Shown in pieces: positions 24,591 through 32,791 of a stretch of 64,000 nucleotides of DNA. Each line of letters starts with the position of its first letter. Positions within the stretch are counted from its first letter, which is position 1. Position numbers and translations under genes: made by a program. The DNA comes from Patescibacteria group bacterium (GTDB lineage: Bacteria > Patescibacteriota > Minisyncoccia > Phycocordibacterales > UBA1550). The notes below the pieces were generated by a model. The model worked only from the letters and a program-made list of their open reading frames with translations, had not been told where the DNA came from and did not search any database. Location of the stretch: positions 15,046 through 79,045 of the forward strand of contig JBBUDU010000003.1 of NCBI GenBank assembly GCA_038057125.1, given 5' to 3'.

Positions 24591-24758
24591 AAACTTTGCT
24601 CGAATGGAGGGGCGCATTTCGAACATTTGACTGGATTGGAGAGTTCAGTAATGCTGAGTTTCACCTAAACGCAATCAATAACCTAATCCTGCTCGCTTAA
24701 AATACTCACTATTTAGACGAGTTGGCTATTAAGAGACAGTCAGCTAGTTCTCGGTTCT

Positions 24759-25430
24759 CTATCTCGGTTTGCCACCCTTAGTAGATGTCTTGTTAGTGAA
24801 ATAACTTTCAAGACCAGCAAATTGTGCACCTACTTCCTTTCCGACCTGCGTTACCTGATTGTAACGATATTGTTCAGCTTCTACATCATTCGTAATGTAG
24901 TATGCCTCTGTTAATGCTGAGATGAGGTGATTATAAACGGTAATACCATATCCACCACTCAAATACCCCTCGTCTTGATTGGTGAGCGGTACAAGTGCGT
25001 CGTGGAGTGCTTTTGCGAGTGGAATGTCTTGCTTTTCATTGTAAATCACAAGTGTCCCGTCGTGAGATGCATCAGAACTTCCATTGTGATGAATTGAAAC
25101 TAAGATGTCACATTTTCTTCCTGCTGCTAGTTGGCACTTATCAATAGCAATTTGGACTCTGTCTTTTCTGCTTGCAATAGTTTCGTCTCCCTCTCGTGTC
25201 AAAACTACTTTGGCTCCGGCGGTCTCCAACTTTGACTTGAGTGCAAGAACGACTGCAAGATTTACGTCTTTTTCTGCAACAGTGTAGGCGGTATTCACTG
25301 CACCTGTCTCTGTACCGCCGTGTCCTGCGTCAAGAGCAATAAGTGTGCCGTCAAATGGTACGATTGCTTGGGCAACTAAAAGCGGAACAGCGAGGACTAA
25401 CGCGAGGAGAGATAAATATTTCTTCTTCAT
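24759..25430 (-). CDS. N-acetylmuramoyl-L-alanine amidase (Amidase_3 family), secreted
   Basis: Signal peptide. IALDAGHGG..TGA, DILVSIHHNG and TEAYYITN are typical of Amidase_3/CwlD-like enzymes. Confidence 0.85.
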   Translation of the reverse strand: MKKKYLSLLALVLAVPLLVAQAIVPFDGTLIALDAGHGGTETGAVNTAYTVAEKDVNLAVVLALKSKLETAGAKVVLTREGDETIASRKDRVQIAIDKCQLAAGRKCDILVSIHHNGSSDASHDGTLVIYNEKQDIPLAKALHDALVPLTNQDEGYLSGGYGITVYNHLISALTEAYYITNDVEAEQYRYNQVTQVGKEVGAQFAGLESYFTNKTSTKGGKPR

Positions 25431-25534
25431 AATTATATGGTAGTTAGTTTATAAGATAGCTCCTCAATGGGGCGCAAAAGCTATGCATTTATAATACCAT
25501 ATTGCCAAACAAAAAAGCCACCTTGGTTTTTTTG

Positions 25535-25724
25535 TGCTCCGCGGGTAGGCCCGAGGCATGATTGCCGGGTTTTGGTTGAAATTTGAGCGGGTAGGGAGCG
25601 GTCCCGAGTTACTAAGTCGCTACGCTTATAAGTACTCGCGACCCCGGCTCAGTGTTGCTTCGCAACATCTTCCGCCCTTCGATCCCTAACAGAAGCCGAG
25701 CAGTCGGCTTCTTCCCGCGGAGCA
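25535..25724 (-). ncRNA. unclassified ~190-nt structured element closed by GCTCCGCGGG/CCCGCGGAGC
   Basis: The 10-bp terminal stem is identical to the tRNA-Asn 3' end. Internal hairpins: agaagccga/tcggcttct, gttgc/gcaac, ggca/tgcc, gccggg/cccggc. Lies between the tRNA terminator and the amidase promoter. Strand and class are unknown. Confidence 0.4.
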
Positions 25725-25755
25725 AAAAAATGAAAAGCCCCCAGAAGAGGGGGCG
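25724..25755 (-). terminator. intrinsic terminator downstream of tRNA-Asn
   Basis: Minus strand reads GCCCCC UCUUCU GGGGGC UUUUCAUUUUUUU. Confidence 0.8.
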
Positions 25756-25767
25756 TTCATTTTATTG

Positions 25768-25839
25768 CTCCGCGGGTAGGGATCGAACCTACGACCAAGC
25801 GATTAACAGTCGCTTGCTCTACCACTGAGCTACCGCGGA
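25768..25839 (-). tRNA. tRNA-Asn (GTT)
   Basis: Reverse complement folds as a cloverleaf: TCCGCGG TA GCTC AGTGGTA GAGC A AGCGA CTGTTAA TCGCT TGGTC GTAGG TTCGATC CCTAC CCGCGGA G. Anticodon GTT. CCA is not encoded. Confidence 0.93.
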
Positions 25840-25878
25840 ATATTTAATTTTGACTTCAGCGGTAATTCAGTGTTTCTA

Positions 25879-25931
25879 CGACTGTTAAACAGTCGCTTGG
25901 CTAATTTCTATTGCCACTGAGCTACCGCGGA
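25879..25931 (-). pseudogene. partial duplicate of the tRNA-Asn 5' half
   Basis: Repeats aacagtcgcttg (25888-25899 vs 25805-25816) and ccactgagctaccgcggaatattta (25913-25937 vs 25822-25846), with an insertion in the D-loop region. No T-arm or 3' acceptor. Confidence 0.75.
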
Positions 25932-26063
25932 ATATTTAGAGTGTAAAGCACTACCCATTACAGTAGTGGAATACAGGTTGCATAATAGCAAAATTTGGAA
26001 AAATTGCAAAATTTTGATATGATGCAAACTTATTTAATTTTAAATTTGGCGATTCTTATGATA

Positions 26064-27497
26064 ATGAAAAAGACGAAGATTGTAGCGACTATTGGACCCG
26101 CATCTGAGAGTGAGGCGATGCTAACTAGCCTCGTAAGGGCAGGAATGAACGTTTGCCGTCTAAACTTTTCGCATGGCGCTCACGAGGAGCACTTTGAAAA
26201 GGTGAAGAATATTAGAGCTGTTGCTAAAAGGCTTGGCACTAACACAGCAATCCTCCAGGATTTGTCTGGTCCTAAAATCCGTATCGGTGACTTTTATCAA
26301 GACTCCGTAATTCTCAAAAAAGGAGATATCTTTACACTCACGACGAAGGCGTGTGTTGGAGATGAGACAAAGGCGTTCGTAAACTACGCAACTCTGCCAA
26401 AAGAAATTAAAAAGAGCGATTCGATTCTTCTTGATGACGGCAAAAAACACCTTGAGGTGATTTCTGTTCTAGGTACTGAAATCAAGTGCCGCATTATTGT
26501 GGGAGGCGAGACCAAGGGTCGTCGCGGAGTAAATCTCCCCGGCGTATCGCTCAAAATTAGTTGCCTTACTGCGAAAGACAAAAAAGATGTTCTATTTGGC
26601 ATTAAACACAAAGTTGATTATGTGGCGCTTTCTTTTGTGCGCCGCGCATCGGATATTCGCGAGCTTCGAGCAATCCTAACAAAAGCAAAATCAACGGCAA
26701 AGATAATCGCTAAAATAGAAACACATGAGGCAATACAAAATATTGATGCAATTATTGCCGAGACAGACGGTGTGATGGTGGCTCGAGGAGACCTTGCTGT
26801 GGAGGTTCCCGCACAGGAAGTGCCAATTCTTCAAAAAATGATAATAGAGAAGTGTAATATGGCAGGAAAGCCGGTTATTGTGGCAACACAGATGATGGAA
26901 TCGATGATTAAATCTCCTGTGCCTACGCGTGCCGAGGTTTCCGATGTCGCGAACTCAATTCTCGATGGAGCAGATGCGGTGATGCTTTCAGAAGAAAGCG
27001 CGCTCGGAGAGTATCCTGTTGAAGCGGTTGCTATGATGGCGAAGGTTGCTCTAACTTCAGAAAAAAATTATCCGCACCGAGAGGCACTTTATGGCGATAT
27101 TCTTTCTCCAAAAAGTAACGGTATTTATAGTGACAGAAATGTCGTAGATGCTGTTACTTTTTCCGTTGTGAGTACAGCAGAGGCTGTTGGCGCAAAATTA
27201 ATCATTGCGCTTACGGAGTCTGGTCTTACTGCCCGGATGGTTTCGCGTTATCGCCCGGCTCAGCCTGTTATTGTAATGAGCCAAAATGATTATGTGGTAC
27301 GCCAGCTTGAACTTGTGTTTGGATGTTTTCCGGCACGCATTGACCACTTTACAACGACCACCGAAGTAATGAAGGTTGTCCGCGCATATGTGCTCAAACA
27401 TAAACTTGCAAAGAAAGGGGATAAAGTTGTCGTAGCAGCTGGGGTGCCATTTGGACACGTGGGTGGCACAAATATGATAATGGTGGAGGTGATATAG
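26064..27497 (+). CDS. pyk: pyruvate kinase
   Basis: MKKTKIVATIGPAS, NFSHG, MVARGDLAVE, VATQMMESM. Start chosen at the ATG giving MKKTKIV. The upstream in-frame extension is not conserved-looking. Confidence 0.92.
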   Translation: MKKTKIVATIGPASESEAMLTSLVRAGMNVCRLNFSHGAHEEHFEKVKNIRAVAKRLGTNTAILQDLSGPKIRIGDFYQDSVILKKGDIFTLTTKACVGDETKAFVNYATLPKEIKKSDSILLDDGKKHLEVISVLGTEIKCRIIVGGETKGRRGVNLPGVSLKISCLTAKDKKDVLFGIKHKVDYVALSFVRRASDIRELRAILTKAKSTAKIIAKIETHEAIQNIDAIIAETDGVMVARGDLAVEVPAQEVPILQKMIIEKCNMAGKPVIVATQMMESMIKSPVPTRAEVSDVANSILDGADAVMLSEESALGEYPVEAVAMMAKVALTSEKNYPHREALYGDILSPKSNGIYSDRNVVDAVTFSVVSTAEAVGAKLIIALTESGLTARMVSRYRPAQPVIVMSQNDYVVRQLELVFGCFPARIDHFTTTTEVMKVVRAYVLKHKLAKKGDKVVVAAGVPFGHVGGTNMIMVEVI

Positions 27498-27549
27498 TCA
27501 CTACGCGGAACAATTGACAACTGACACCGTTTCGCGGACAATTAAACAT

Positions 27550-27777
27550 ATGTACATCAGGGTCCGCGTGGCGGCAGATGCCAAAAAGGAATCATTTGTG
27601 AAAAGCGCCAGTGATTCTTTTTTGATATCAGTAAAAAAGCCAGCAGAACAAAATCTTGCAAATAAGCGAGTACTCGAGCTTATTGCAGAGCACTTTGGAA
27701 TAGTATCAAAACAAATCCGCATTATTTCCGGACACCATTCACCGGGGAAAATCTTGTCTATTCCTGACAGGAAATGA
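27550..27777 (+). CDS. DUF167 (YggU-like) protein
   Basis: MYIRVRV..DAKKESF...PAEQNLANKRVLELIAEHFGI....IRIISGHHSPGKIL matches the YggU/DUF167 pattern. Confidence 0.75.
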   Translation: MYIRVRVAADAKKESFVKSASDSFLISVKKPAEQNLANKRVLELIAEHFGIVSKQIRIISGHHSPGKILSIPDRK

Positions 27778-27783
27778 TATACT
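27775..27783 (+). promoter_or_regulatory. extended -10 TGATATACT, 6 nt before the hpf ATG (leaderless-type)
   Basis: Motif and spacing read directly from the sequence. Confidence 0.5.
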
Positions 27784-27789
27784 GCAAAT

Positions 27790-28161
27790 ATGAAGATTAA
27801 AATAACAACAACAAATATCGAACTTACACACACCATTGAATCATATGTTGAGGAGAAAATGCGAAGTGTCGAGAAGTTTGCAATACCGCACAAGAGCGAG
27901 GACCCTATTATGGAAGTCGAAATTGGAAAAACGACCAATCACCATAACTCGGGCGATGTATTTCGCGCGGAGGTAAATATGCGCGTACGTGGCAAGTATT
28001 TTCGAGCGACATCTGAAAAGAGCGATTTGTACGCAGCAATAGACGATGTGCGAAATGAGCTTGTTCGCGAGCTTTCTTCGCACAAAGACAAAGCGCGCAC
28101 GCTCTTTCGAAAAGGTGCGGGAATTATTAAAAATATGCTCCGTTTCGGCAGCGAAAAATAG
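27790..28161 (+). CDS. hpf: ribosome hibernation promoting factor (HPF/RaiA, short form)
   Basis: MKIKITTTNIELTHTIESYVEEKM... is the S30AE-family N-terminus. 123 aa. Confidence 0.85.
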   Translation: MKIKITTTNIELTHTIESYVEEKMRSVEKFAIPHKSEDPIMEVEIGKTTNHHNSGDVFRAEVNMRVRGKYFRATSEKSDLYAAIDDVRNELVRELSSHKDKARTLFRKGAGIIKNMLRFGSEK

Positions 28162-28175
28162 TTTATCATAATCTT

Positions 28176-28841
28176 ATGAGTACAAAAAATATTATTTTTA
28201 TTACCATTGCGATAATTTTCATTTCTGGTATCGTGTGGATTGGTGGTAAAGGAAAAGTACCAAATCCTCCGGTAGTAACAGAAAATAAAACCGCGACAAC
28301 AACAGAAAACAGACCAGTGGAAAAAGCAGAGGTAAAACCAATATCTAATTCGACAAAATCTATGACAACCGCAATAATAACTACCAACAAGGGCGCGATT
28401 ACCATTGAGTTTTTTGCCGCGACAAAGCCAAAAACAGTTGAGAATTTCGTAAACCTCGCAAAAAAAGGGTTTTATAATGGCACACGTTTTCATCGCGTCA
28501 TCAAGGGTTTTATGGTTCAAGGCGGTGACCCACTTTCAAAGGATACGAGCAAGATGAGCGCATGGGGGACTGGTGGTCCTGGGTATCAGTTTGCAGATGA
28601 GATTGGCACGGACAATAAAAATATAATCGGTACAATCGCAATGGCTAACTCCGGCCCCAACACAAACGGCAGTCAGTTTTTCATCAATGTCACAAACAAC
28701 AATTTCCTCGACACTAAACACACTGTTTTCGCGCGTGTAACGGCAGGAATGAGCGTAGTAACCGCAATCGAGAATACCAAGACTGGACCAAATGATCGCC
28801 CCATTGAAGATATGATCATCGAGAAAATAGAAGTACGATAG
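28176..28841 (+). CDS. membrane-anchored cyclophilin-type peptidyl-prolyl isomerase
   Basis: N-terminal TM, then FHRVIKGFMVQGGDP and AMANSGPNTNGSQFFI cyclophilin signatures. Confidence 0.92.
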   Translation: MSTKNIIFITIAIIFISGIVWIGGKGKVPNPPVVTENKTATTTENRPVEKAEVKPISNSTKSMTTAIITTNKGAITIEFFAATKPKTVENFVNLAKKGFYNGTRFHRVIKGFMVQGGDPLSKDTSKMSAWGTGGPGYQFADEIGTDNKNIIGTIAMANSGPNTNGSQFFINVTNNNFLDTKHTVFARVTAGMSVVTAIENTKTGPNDRPIEDMIIEKIEVR

Positions 28842-28870
28842 TATTACTAAAACTTAATTAAATTTCATAT

Positions 28871-29206
28871 ATGACATATACGCCAAAAATGCCAAAAATG
28901 GAAATGCCACTCACTGGTCATTCAGAAAAATCCCAAAAATCTGACCATGAGCTTCTTCTAAAAACTCTTGATGTGTTAACAAAAAAAAGTCCGGAATGCG
29001 CAGAAGCTTTGTCGTCGTTATCAGATGAAGAAAAATCTGAGATAGAAAATAATTTGAACATGCTCGGTCATTCGTGGACTGTATTTAATGTAGTTGATTC
29101 ATCTTCCGCACCGCAAGTACTTGAGAAAATAAAAGCATTTCAAAGTACTCAAGATATAAATATCCGCAAAAAAATAATTTCTGAAATAGTTGATTTACTA
29201 GAGTAA
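28871..29206 (+). CDS. hypothetical protein
   Basis: 111-aa acidic ORF with no recognisable motif. Its 3' end overlaps fmt convergently. Confidence 0.4.
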   Translation: MTYTPKMPKMEMPLTGHSEKSQKSDHELLLKTLDVLTKKSPECAEALSSLSDEEKSEIENNLNMLGHSWTVFNVVDSSSAPQVLEKIKAFQSTQDINIRKKIISEIVDLLE

Positions 29207-30076
29207 GATCTTCTGTCCTCGCAAAAATTCTTCATAGGACATCTCGCGCTTTCCCTCCGGAATGACGCGATCGAGAATGAGCGCGCCACTGTCTATATGT
29301 GCTTCAGTTACGACTACGCGCACATCTTTTTCGTTGCGTTTGGTTGTGAAGTACGCACGTGGCCATGTGTCGAATGCTTGAATTTTCCTGTACATTTGCA
29401 TTGGGTCGTCATCGAGATATATTTGCCCAATGCCACTTGTCATTTTTTTTGTAAACGTGGCGTGCTCGTGGTCTTGCTCTTTTGGAGTAATGGCATTCGA
29501 GACCCAAAGTGGAATTGTTTTGGCAAGAAGTTTACCACCTAGAATACCGAGCATCTCTTCAAGCTCTCGCCCTTTCGGCGGCCAGTTCGCTACAGTAATT
29601 TTTTCTTGCGAGATAATAGGACCGTGGTCAACTTGCTCGTCGATAAGCATGATGGTCGCGCCTGTCTCGTGTGATGTTCCCAAAATGATGTCCGACAGAA
29701 TTCCACTTTGTATGGGTGATGCCCCGCGGAGCTCTGGCAAAAGGGATGGATGTACATTGAGTGTGCCGTATTTAGGAAGGTCGAGAATTGCCCGTGGAAC
29801 AATTTTGCCATAAGAGGCGATAACGAAGAGTTCAAAATCCAAAGTCGAAAGTCGCAAGCAAAACGGAGAATCTAGTTTCTCGGGTTCGAGAGTGGGGATA
29901 TTGTGCGCGTCTGCCCAAACTTTTACTTCGCTTGGAGACATCTCAAGCCCGCGACCTTTTTTCCTCGGCGGGGCGGTAATAATGAGAGAGGGGAGGATAC
30001 CGCTTTGCGCCAGCTCGTCGAGAATGATGACTGAAAAACGTGATGTCCCCCAGAATGCTAGTTTTAATTCTTTCAT
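29198..30076 (-). CDS. fmt: methionyl-tRNA formyltransferase
   Basis: FWGTS.FSV..L, NVHPSLLPELRGASPIQ motif. Upstream partner of def. Confidence 0.9.
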   Translation of the reverse strand: MKELKLAFWGTSRFSVIILDELAQSGILPSLIITAPPRKKGRGLEMSPSEVKVWADAHNIPTLEPEKLDSPFCLRLSTLDFELFVIASYGKIVPRAILDLPKYGTLNVHPSLLPELRGASPIQSGILSDIILGTSHETGATIMLIDEQVDHGPIISQEKITVANWPPKGRELEEMLGILGGKLLAKTIPLWVSNAITPKEQDHEHATFTKKMTSGIGQIYLDDDPMQMYRKIQAFDTWPRAYFTTKRNEKDVRVVVTEAHIDSGALILDRVIPEGKREMSYEEFLRGQKILL

Positions 30077-30077
30077 T

Positions 30078-30668
30078 TTATTTTCGCGACTCTTCTACTC
30101 GCCTTATTTTTTGTTCTTCAGCAGTAATTTTTTCCATATTGCGGGCTGTGTCAATAAAGAGCACACCATCAAGATGGTCAGTCTCGTGTTGAAAAATCTG
30201 CGCCAAGAGCCCGCTTCCGCCTCGTGTGAATACTTTTCCATTTTCATCATATGCGCGGACAGTTGTTTTTTGGCTGCGGGCAACTTCGCCGTAGAGAAAG
30301 CGTATGGATAGACACCCTTCGGGCAGCCATACTTTTTTGCGTGAGAGTTTTGTTATAACGGGATTAATAAAAACCATATTCGAATGCATGGTTTTTTTCT
30401 GCGTAGGAGATTTCGTTTCTGTGATTTTTTCGAATTTATGTAAAGAATCCTTATCGGTGTATTCAAATGCGCGGTGTGATACGACAAAAATTCGAAGCGG
30501 TACGCCGATTTGCGGGGCCGCAATCGCCACACCATCCTCTTCTTTTTCAAGAGTCGCCGTCATATCGGCGAGAATCTTTTTTAGGCGCGGAGAGGTAAAA
30601 TCCTTTGGGTTTACTGGCTCGGCTTTTTCACGAAGTACTGGAGCTTCTTTTTGGACGATTTTTACCAT
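30078..30668 (-). CDS. def: peptide deformylase
   Basis: GVAIAAPQIG, PEGCLSI, QHETDHLDG metal-site motifs. Confidence 0.93.
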   Translation of the reverse strand: MVKIVQKEAPVLREKAEPVNPKDFTSPRLKKILADMTATLEKEEDGVAIAAPQIGVPLRIFVVSHRAFEYTDKDSLHKFEKITETKSPTQKKTMHSNMVFINPVITKLSRKKVWLPEGCLSIRFLYGEVARSQKTTVRAYDENGKVFTRGGSGLLAQIFQHETDHLDGVLFIDTARNMEKITAEEQKIRRVEESRK

Positions 30669-30701
30669 AACTCAATTAGCATAGCGTATTTCAGCTCTTT
30701 T

Positions 30702-32699
30702 TTAAAGCAGATGGTCTGGGTTTACTTCGATAGTAAATTGTGTGGGGAGCACGCGGAGTTTGGCGAGGAGGTCATCGTTTGGCCAATTATCTTTAGCGAG
30801 TTTCAAAATCATGTGCATGCGGAAAATGTTCTTTGGTTCTTTTGCTATAGTGCCAGGCACGACCGGCGTGTAACTTCCCAAAAAAGTTTTGAGCCGTTCC
30901 ATTTCTCCTAGAATATCGCCACGCTTGCCTCGAAGTGTTATTTTTATAATAGTGCTATATGGGGGATAAGAAAACTCTTTGCGGAGAGAGAGTTCATTTT
31001 CAGTAAAATCCAGGAGATTTCCCGCAAGGGCTTGTTTTAAGATAGTTGTATCGTCTGCGCGAGTTTGGACTGCAAGTGTTTTTGCAGTTTTTTCACGAAG
31101 GACAAGAACAAGCGCGAAAATACGTTCTGACATACGAATGTCTGGGATTGCAAATAGCGAGTCAATGGAGACAATGATGGTGTGATCGATAGTTTTTAAC
31201 AGCGGAATAGCCATCGGAGTTCCAATGAGAATGCCACCGCGAGACTTTTCAAATTGCGCAATGATTTTTTTTGCCTGTGTTCGTGTTTTTGCATGGTCTC
31301 CGTCCAAAACAAAACGCGGAGTATTTGGAAAAAGGCTAGCCACTTCATCGTACACACGGTCAATCCCTATACCGACACCTTGGAGTTTCCAGCCACCGCA
31401 GTTTGGACAGGTTTCGTTTACGTTATTTTCGGGGACGCGTGTAAACCCGCATCCATGACAAATAAAAATGTTGGCAGTATTTCCGGCAGTTTCCTTCTTG
31501 TGAACCACAAGCGGCGTGTCACACTGAGGGCACCGCACCAGCGTCCCGCAGTCTCCGCATGCGGTCACTGGCGCAAGTCCTTTTCGTGATGCGAGCAAAA
31601 ACACTTTTTCACCGAGTTCAGATGCATCTTGAATAAGTTTTTGTGCCTCATCGTTTATCACAATCATCTTTCTTTTTCCTGTGGTTTCTCGTATGGATTT
31701 TTCTTCTATGCGTGGATCCATCAGGATTGTTTTCGTATCACTCTCTGCTCTTGCGGAAATTCGCCCAAATTCGCCGACGGATCCATTCCCAATCCTTTCA
31801 TGTGTCTCCGCGCGAAGTATCGGTGCTCCTATGATAAATGCGCTATCGCATGCGCGCGCGTAATCCTCTACAAAAACGCGTAAATCGAGAAGCGGACGAG
31901 ACACCATTTTCCATGAGTGTGAGTGTTCTTCGTCAAGAATAATTGTTTTGAAGTAGCGTGGTATGCCTAAGTATTGCGCCGTGCCCACAATGAGGATTGC
32001 GTGCTTATCTTTTGTGGCATTTTGCCAGCCCATAAGAACTCGCTTTTTAGTGTAACTGCTGTGAAATGCAAACGTGTAATCTTCAATACCGCGCCCAAGC
32101 TCTGATGATACAGACAAAACATCTTCTTCGGTTGGCACGCATACAAAAATAGATTCGTTGCGCGCAAATGATTCTCGAACATGACGCTTGTATGCACCAT
32201 AACGCCTCTCTGTGTCGCCTTGAATTGCAAGTATTTCAAAACGATTTCGAACCAGCTGGTTAGAAAAAGTTTTGGGCTCACCCGTAAAAATTTTTCTTTG
32301 AAAAACTTTGGCGGGTTCATCAAGCGCGTTCTCAAGATACGCATCGAGGACTATTTTGGGTGTCAGCGCGAGAAGTGTTTCGCCAAACTTTTGTGCTGAA
32401 AAATTTGCAGTTTCTTCCACTGATTTTAAAAATTCCGGCAACCAAATACGGCGTGGTTTTGCGCGTGTGATTTTTCGTACCGCATAATCGGAAGATTTCA
32501 GTGCGCTTTTTTCATCTGATACATCTCGCGACGAAAGGACAATAGCGGGCACTTCACGAGTGCGTATCGGCACCAGCACAGCCATCCCCACGGCAATAGG
32601 CTCTTTTGAAAAATATGTTAATGAGCTTTTTAACGCTCCTCGCACTATTGGGGCGACGGTGATAATTTTCATACCTTCATAGTACTCGAAAGTATTCAA
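30702..32699 (-). CDS. priA: primosomal protein N' (PriA helicase)
   Basis: ILDEEHSHSW DEXH box. Cys-rich zinc region CGDCGTLVRCPQCDTPLV...CHGCG...CPNCG. Confidence 0.9.
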   Translation of the reverse strand: MNTFEYYEGMKIITVAPIVRGALKSSLTYFSKEPIAVGMAVLVPIRTREVPAIVLSSRDVSDEKSALKSSDYAVRKITRAKPRRIWLPEFLKSVEETANFSAQKFGETLLALTPKIVLDAYLENALDEPAKVFQRKIFTGEPKTFSNQLVRNRFEILAIQGDTERRYGAYKRHVRESFARNESIFVCVPTEEDVLSVSSELGRGIEDYTFAFHSSYTKKRVLMGWQNATKDKHAILIVGTAQYLGIPRYFKTIILDEEHSHSWKMVSRPLLDLRVFVEDYARACDSAFIIGAPILRAETHERIGNGSVGEFGRISARAESDTKTILMDPRIEEKSIRETTGKRKMIVINDEAQKLIQDASELGEKVFLLASRKGLAPVTACGDCGTLVRCPQCDTPLVVHKKETAGNTANIFICHGCGFTRVPENNVNETCPNCGGWKLQGVGIGIDRVYDEVASLFPNTPRFVLDGDHAKTRTQAKKIIAQFEKSRGGILIGTPMAIPLLKTIDHTIIVSIDSLFAIPDIRMSERIFALVLVLREKTAKTLAVQTRADDTTILKQALAGNLLDFTENELSLRKEFSYPPYSTIIKITLRGKRGDILGEMERLKTFLGSYTPVVPGTIAKEPKNIFRMHMILKLAKDNWPNDDLLAKLRVLPTQFTIEVNPDHLL

Positions 32700-32791
32700 A
32701 AGAAAAACTATCAGGACTGTGGTATTACATCACGCAATATTCATTTGGTAAAATGACGACTCGCATAGTAAGATGATACCTACATCAGTCT

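Noticed and set aside
24347-24664. 105-aa minus-strand ORF in the noncoding stretch below the amidase gene.
   Set aside because: The W/R/P-rich composition is implausible. It spans an internal terminator hairpin and structured repeats, so it is most likely a shadow over ncRNA-like sequence.
24609-24700. tmRNA-like signals on the plus strand. GGGGCGCATTTCGAAC resembles a tmRNA 5' end. GCA ATC AAT AAC CTA ATC CTG CTC GCT TAA could encode a tag, AINNLILLA-stop.
   Set aside because: I found no matching T-arm or 3' acceptor strand (GCGCCCC/ACCA) on either side. A standard-length tmRNA would run ~200 nt into the well-supported antisense amidase gene. A permuted two-piece arrangement could not be assembled from the upstream sequence. 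It needs an Infernal/ARAGORN check and is not called.
25535-25724. Retron msr/msd interpretation (inverted terminal repeats around a structured ~190-nt RNA).
   Set aside because: No reverse transcriptase ORF is adjacent on either strand.
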